Of a stretch of DNA of 49,980 bases, positions 46,546 through 49,980 are shown piece after piece. Origin of the DNA: a virus; IMG/VR virus record IMGVR_UViG_3300015195_000003, positions 1-49,980 of that record. The stretch is one strand, 5' to 3'. Position 1 is the stretch's first letter. Each line of letters opens with the position of its first letter. The notes below the pieces were generated by a model. The model saw only the letters and a list, made by a program, of their open reading frames with translations, did no database searches and was not told where the DNA came from. The translations under genes and the position numbers were made by a program.

Positions 46546-46697
46546 TAATTTGCTTTAGATCGACCAGCCTTTCGGCGCGCGGCAGTGTGATGTGTTGAGG
46601 TGTATTTATGCACCAAAGAATTTTGCAAAACGCTGACTTTCGCGCCATTTACTTTTTTTAATCCGTGCATTTTTCTGAGTCTCAAAGATGTCTTCAT
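46545..46697 (-). CDS. Small basic protein (50 aa, not in the track)
   Basis: Hand translation: MKTSLRLRKMHGLKKVNGAKVSVLQNSLVHKYTSTHHTAARRKAGRSKAN. Confidence 0.4.
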   Translation of the reverse strand: MKTSLRLRKMHGLKKVNGAKVSVLQNSLVHKYTSTHHTAARRKAGRSKAN

Positions 46698-46700
46698 GAA

Positions 46701-47039
46701 TTAATCCTCTTCTCCTTGCCAGTGTTCACCTGCGTCAATTCTTATCTGAAGTAACGCCGCTCTACCCAGTGCTTCTGTGAAGTTGTCGCATTGTCGCTTT
46801 TTTTCAAGTAACCAGTGACCGTTCTTGCTACAAGGGTAAACGCAAAAATCACCAATACAAAACTCAATAACAAGATAATAACCTTTATAAATTTTTTCAA
46901 TTGAGAATTCATAGGCTATTTTCCATCCTTCATCGGTTAGCTTTTTCATTATATCGGCTGGAACTCGATTTTTCACCATTGCCGACTCATGAAATGTTTT
47001 TGCCTCTTCTTTTGTTAATTCATGAATTGTTTTACTCAT
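46701..47039 (-). CDS. Hypothetical protein
   Basis: 112-aa ORF with an ATG start. Confidence 0.6.
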   Translation of the reverse strand: MSKTIHELTKEEAKTFHESAMVKNRVPADIMKKLTDEGWKIAYEFSIEKIYKGYYLVIEFCIGDFCVYPCSKNGHWLLEKKRQCDNFTEALGRAALLQIRIDAGEHWQGEED

Positions 47040-47338
47040 TTTTTATCCTCGATAACTTGATAACTAAATTCTATATGTGCGTTTTCATACGCGTTTCTAG
47101 CATGGATATTTGGTAATCCGTTGACCATTTTTTGAATATACTCGCGCATTTCTTCAACCGATTTAAATTCTTTTGCTCCAAGTTCCTTTAATTGATTGGT
47201 AGCGACTGCGCCGCAAAAAGAAAAAAGCGCCAGAGTCTCAGTTGGTTCTCCAAATATTATTTTGCGCGGCTCTTTTTTCTTCTCATCCATAAAAATAAGG
47301 ACGGCGCTATGTGTTTTAAATGTTAACTTTTTTGGCAT
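47036..47338 (-). CDS. Hypothetical protein
   Basis: 100-aa ORF with an ATG start. Confidence 0.6.
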   Translation of the reverse strand: MPKKLTFKTHSAVLIFMDEKKKEPRKIIFGEPTETLALFSFCGAVATNQLKELGAKEFKSVEEMREYIQKMVNGLPNIHARNAYENAHIEFSYQVIEDKK

Positions 47339-47519
47339 TTTTTCCTTTCTTTTTTCTGCTTGCTAAAATTTGGGCTTGCAGAAGATTGATCAATTCGAGA
47401 TTCATTTTGTTTATGTCCATTTGCGTTTTATTGACATTATTTTGATCTCTCCACATACTCAAGTAAATGATGTTTGAGGCCAAAACTAACAATGTAACAA
47501 TTAAAAGATCGATGTTCAT
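47316..47519 (-). CDS. Small membrane protein
   Basis: 67 aa with N-terminal TM segment LLIVTLLVLASNIIYL. Confidence 0.55.
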   Translation of the reverse strand: MNIDLLIVTLLVLASNIIYLSMWRDQNNVNKTQMDINKMNLELINLLQAQILASRKKKGKNAKKVNI

Positions 47520-47719
47520 AATACTCGATAACTATCGGCAGGAATCCATTTTCCCTTTATCTTTATTTGACAATAAGTATAATAGCTGTATTTATTTTCA
47601 AAAGAGGCGTATTTTTGCGCGCATGTTTGAGCGGCCAGATATTGTCCAATAAAGAACATAGCGACTATCAATAATCCAAGTAAAACTATTGCGATAACTG
47701 AACCAATTAAATCATTCAT
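47516..47719 (-). CDS. Small membrane protein
   Basis: The ATG at 47719 (MNDLIGSVIAIVLLGLLIVAMFFIG...) is preferred over the track start at 47788. Confidence 0.55.
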   Translation of the reverse strand: MNDLIGSVIAIVLLGLLIVAMFFIGQYLAAQTCAQKYASFENKYSYYTYCQIKIKGKWIPADSYRVL

Positions 47720-47721
47720 AT

Positions 47722-47898
47722 TTATAAAACAATGCACTCTAACCACGATAATTCTCGATGATAAACTACTTTTCCAAAATCTCGACACATTTTATTTTTG
47801 GTCGTCATCATTGTAAGTCCAAGCCAAACAGAAAATCCAATAACAATGGCAACAATCGACCAATACAAAGTAATTTCAAAACGATCAGGATTTTTCAT
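47722..47898 (-). CDS. Small membrane protein (58 aa, not in the track)
   Basis: Hand translation: MKNPDRFEITLYWSIVAIVIGFSVWLGLTMMTTKNKMCRDFGKVVYHRELSWLECIVL. ATGA overlap upstream. Confidence 0.45.
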   Translation of the reverse strand: MKNPDRFEITLYWSIVAIVIGFSVWLGLTMMTTKNKMCRDFGKVVYHRELSWLECIVL

Positions 47899-48041
47899 CT
47901 GTCTTTTCGTCTATACGATTTTGCATATTCTTTTTTTTGTTTGTCTAAATGCTCCGATTGGCAGGGCTTGCAACGATTACCGCCCGAATTCTTGATAAGA
48001 GCGTCGCAATCTAAGCATTTTCTTAATTTTGAGTCAGTCAT
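47895..48041 (-). CDS. Small zinc-ribbon protein (48 aa, not in the track)
   Basis: Hand translation: MTDSKLRKCLDCDALIKNSGGNRCKPCQSEHLDKQKKEYAKSYRRKDR (CxxC...CxxC). Confidence 0.45.
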   Translation of the reverse strand: MTDSKLRKCLDCDALIKNSGGNRCKPCQSEHLDKQKKEYAKSYRRKDR

Positions 48042-48183
48042 ATACGTTAAACGATTGATTATTTCTCTTCTCTAACTCTTCTATTATTGTGATCAAGACG
48101 TCTTCTAAAATTCTAGTAGGAATAACCTCAACATGCTCTTCAAACTTAACAATCTCTATTGGCGATATTCCTTTCTTATCCAT
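48034..48183 (-). CDS. Small hypothetical protein (49 aa, not in the track)
   Basis: Hand translation: MDKKGISPIEIVKFEEHVEVIPTRILEDVLITIIEELEKRNNQSFNVYD. Confidence 0.4.
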   Translation of the reverse strand: MDKKGISPIEIVKFEEHVEVIPTRILEDVLITIIEELEKRNNQSFNVYD

Positions 48184-48188
48184 ACTTT

Positions 48189-48353
48189 CTACTTTTTTCT
48201 ACCAATGAATCCAACAACTACCTCGAATTTCATTCTTCGACTCGGATCAGCTCGTTGAATTTTAATCGCGTCGATAAGAACAACTCCATAACCTTTTTTC
48301 TTGAGATATTCGATAATTTGATCTTGTAAAATCGTTGCGTCTTCGTCTTTCAT
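48189..48353 (-). CDS. Small hypothetical protein (54 aa, not in the track)
   Basis: Hand translation: MKDEDATILQDQIIEYLKKKGYGVVLIDAIKIQRADPSRRMKFEVVVGFIGRKK. Confidence 0.4.
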   Translation of the reverse strand: MKDEDATILQDQIIEYLKKKGYGVVLIDAIKIQRADPSRRMKFEVVVGFIGRKK

Positions 48354-48456
48354 TTTTCCTACTTTTTCCTACCTCGGACTACTTTTTAATAAATTTTTAA
48401 TAAATTCTTTGTCTAATTTGAAAGCGACCCACAAAAAGAAAGTTGCTAGTTTGCGT

Positions 48457-48759
48457 TTAATCTTTTTCATGCTTCGGCGCTGGTAATTGTTTATAGAGTC
48501 CGTTAATTTTCTTGTAAATTACAGGAGTCATTGCTCTAAATATGTCGGCTGAGAAACGATGAATCTCAACTGGTATTTCTATTTTATTTTGATCTCCATA
48601 AGAATTTGACCAAAACATAAACTCGGAAACTCGAAGCCCATTTTCACTCACAAGCCAACCTTTGATCGTATATTTTGGTTGATCTTCTTCAAGTTCAATT
48701 CCAATACTGGTAACGATTGCTTTTGTTATTTTAATATCGATTTCGTTAATTTTACTCAT
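48457..48759 (-). CDS. Hypothetical protein
   Basis: 100-aa ORF with an ATG start overlapping the upstream stop. Confidence 0.55.
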   Translation of the reverse strand: MSKINEIDIKITKAIVTSIGIELEEDQPKYTIKGWLVSENGLRVSEFMFWSNSYGDQNKIEIPVEIHRFSADIFRAMTPVIYKKINGLYKQLPAPKHEKD

Positions 48760-49106
48760 GAGCTAGTTTCAAGAATTAGACAATCATTGCAAAGAACTCT
48801 CGTTTCTTTCGCGCCCTCTGTGAATCTTACGACGTTTCGATGATTTAAACAAAGCGGCTTTGTGCAATTTTGACAAATAACAGCCTCTTGTTTTCCACAA
48901 AACGAGCAAAGTGTAATTCCCTCTTTTGCATCTTTTTCCCATTCGTTTGTAACGCCTGCGAAATAGGACTCTTCAATAATCCCACGCAACAAGTTTCGAA
49001 CAATTTCTCGATCTTTTTCAGTACCTCCAAAATGTGCGACGATTATTTCAATACGTGTTCCTAAAAGTGCTGGAACAAATAATATTTTGTCTGGTTTTTG
49101 GCTCAT
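48756..49106 (-). CDS. Cysteine-rich (zinc-binding) protein
   Basis: 116 aa with CSFCGKQEAVICQNCTKPLCLNH...CNDC. Confidence 0.6.
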   Translation of the reverse strand: MSQKPDKILFVPALLGTRIEIIVAHFGGTEKDREIVRNLLRGIIEESYFAGVTNEWEKDAKEGITLCSFCGKQEAVICQNCTKPLCLNHRNVVRFTEGAKETRVLCNDCLILETSS

Positions 49107-49531
49107 TTTCTTCTTTTCTTTAAATTTTCAATTAATTCTGTCAAATCAAGCGGACCCATTAATCCTCCAACATTATTTTGTCTGTCAACTTTACTGATTA
49201 CGATTTCAAACGCAAAACCCAACATGAAATATTGATTTGGTGTCGAAAGTTTATAGTTAAGCTTTTTAAATGAATTGCTTTTCAAGAAATCAGTTAAACC
49301 TGAAAGCATTGTTCCTTTTGGAAGATCCTCTTCTAAGTCTTCAGCGGCATGTTGCAATCGAAAAAACTTTTCCATTACGTTACATAATGCGGCGTATTCA
49401 TCGGAGTGTAGTCCAAATGCTTCACTGATAAACGCCTTGTCAATATCGTCAATTTTCAAACCCATAATTTCTTCGTTGACGGTTCGATAATGGTGATTAT
49501 GATCACCGTGATCTTCTATTTTTATTGCCAT
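49103..49531 (-). CDS. Hypothetical protein
   Basis: The ATG at 49531 (MAIKIEDHGDHNHH...) is preceded by AAAGGAGGCGACT, so it is preferred over the track start at 49576. Confidence 0.6.
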   Translation of the reverse strand: MAIKIEDHGDHNHHYRTVNEEIMGLKIDDIDKAFISEAFGLHSDEYAALCNVMEKFFRLQHAAEDLEEDLPKGTMLSGLTDFLKSNSFKKLNYKLSTPNQYFMLGFAFEIVISKVDRQNNVGGLMGPLDLTELIENLKKRRK

Positions 49532-49980
49532 AGTCGCCTCCTTTCTTTGGATCATTTTTATACATTTCCCGAGCAAATCCTAAATAGAAAGCTCGCACTA
49601 AATTGCTTTGCATATCGCCTTTATTTTTGGAATCATACTCCATGTATCGAGGCTCTGCCAAAACAACGGCGTTGCCTTCTCTGGTCAAATCCATAAATGC
49701 GCTATTTGTTCGACTATCCATCGTCGCTCCGAAAACTGCAAAGACTTCTTTTTTATCCGAATAATCTGCGAAGTTCATTCTTTTTCCGCTCTTTGTCAAT
49801 TCATCATATTCTTTTTTGTCGATATTAACGCGCATCCAAGCCTCTGAGTGAAAAAAGACTGCAAGCGGGTATCCTTTTTGACCCGTAGGTTTTTCAAGAA
49901 TCATTTTTTGAAAGTATTTTGCCGCTACCATTTCAATCATATCGTATCGATCAGGTTTCGCATCAACAGGAGGCGGCCAA
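49503..49980 (-). CDS. C-terminal part of the junction-spanning gene (same gene as 1..333)
   Basis: The frame is open from the window end down to the stop at 49503. 49854-49980 duplicates 1-127, so the true gene is 333..1 joined to 49853..49503. Confidence 0.7.
   Translation of the reverse strand, partial: WPPPVDAKPDRYDMIEMVAAKYFQKMILEKPTGQKGYPLAVFFHSEAWMRVNIDKKEYDELTKSGKRMNFADYSDKKEVFAVFGATMDSRTNSAFMDLTREGNAVVLAEPRYMEYDSKNKGDMQSNLVRAFYLGFAREMYKNDPKKGGDYGNKNRRSR
49854..49980. repeat. 127-bp terminal direct repeat, copy 2
   Basis: Identical to 1-127. Confidence 0.95.

Noticed and set aside
1-49980. Search for lysogeny or transposition functions because of the Mu-like head module (integrase, MuA/MuB transposase, CI-like repressor)
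   Set aside because: No ORF shows tyrosine or serine recombinase, DDE transposase or obvious repressor motifs by eye. The Mu resemblance is confined to the head morphogenesis genes. Absence cannot be proven without profile searches.

Overview
This window is a complete or near-complete tailed dsDNA phage genome of about 49.85 kb, assembled as a circle. Bases 1-127 are identical to 49854-49980, and one minus-strand gene reads in frame through that junction.

Almost all genes are on the minus strand and tightly packed. The exceptions are a plus-strand replication block (4699-7689), two free-standing HNH-type genes (10993-11409 and 40584-41000) and one tRNA-like gene (34763-34845).

Modules recognisable from the translations:
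- Recombination: ERF annealing protein, YqaJ-type exonuclease, and a Cas4/RecB-like nuclease elsewhere in the genome.
- Early/accessory genes: a Fic protein, a C-terminal J-domain protein, a class I SAM methyltransferase and many small ORFs.
- Replication: DUF4373/DnaD-like protein, a CHC2 primase zinc-finger protein and a DnaB-C/RecA-like helicase.
- Lysis: a one-TM protein, a glycosidase-like endolysin with a Pro/Thr linker and C-terminal TM, and a 3-TM holin.
- Siphovirus-type tail: major tail protein, chaperone with a -1 frameshift, tape measure, distal tail protein, Tal-like protein and a glycine-rich adhesin.
- Mu-like head module: TerS, TerL, DUF935-like portal, MuF-like protein, gpI-like protease/scaffold, DUF2190 protein and major capsid protein.
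- An accessory block: ParB-like protein, [HNH], ABC-ATPase::GNAT fusion, ASCH protein and DUF932 protein, plus a phage-encoded methionine aminopeptidase.

I saw no integrase, transposase, recognisable repressor, CRISPR array or rRNA.

The most striking non-coding signals:
- A family of near-consensus sigma70-type promoters carries an invariant GTCTAA box exactly 6 nt after the -35.
- About 15 start codons sit only 6-9 nt after a -10 hexamer, which predicts leaderless mRNAs.
- Three promoters have a palindromic operator in the spacer.
- An ACCTATGG start context is shared by head and tail genes.
- Several repeat-rich non-coding islands are present.

All functional calls come from motif recognition by eye, with no database search. 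Note that the ORF track sometimes uses non-ATG starts, so I re-set several starts to in-frame ATGs that abut the upstream stop codon.
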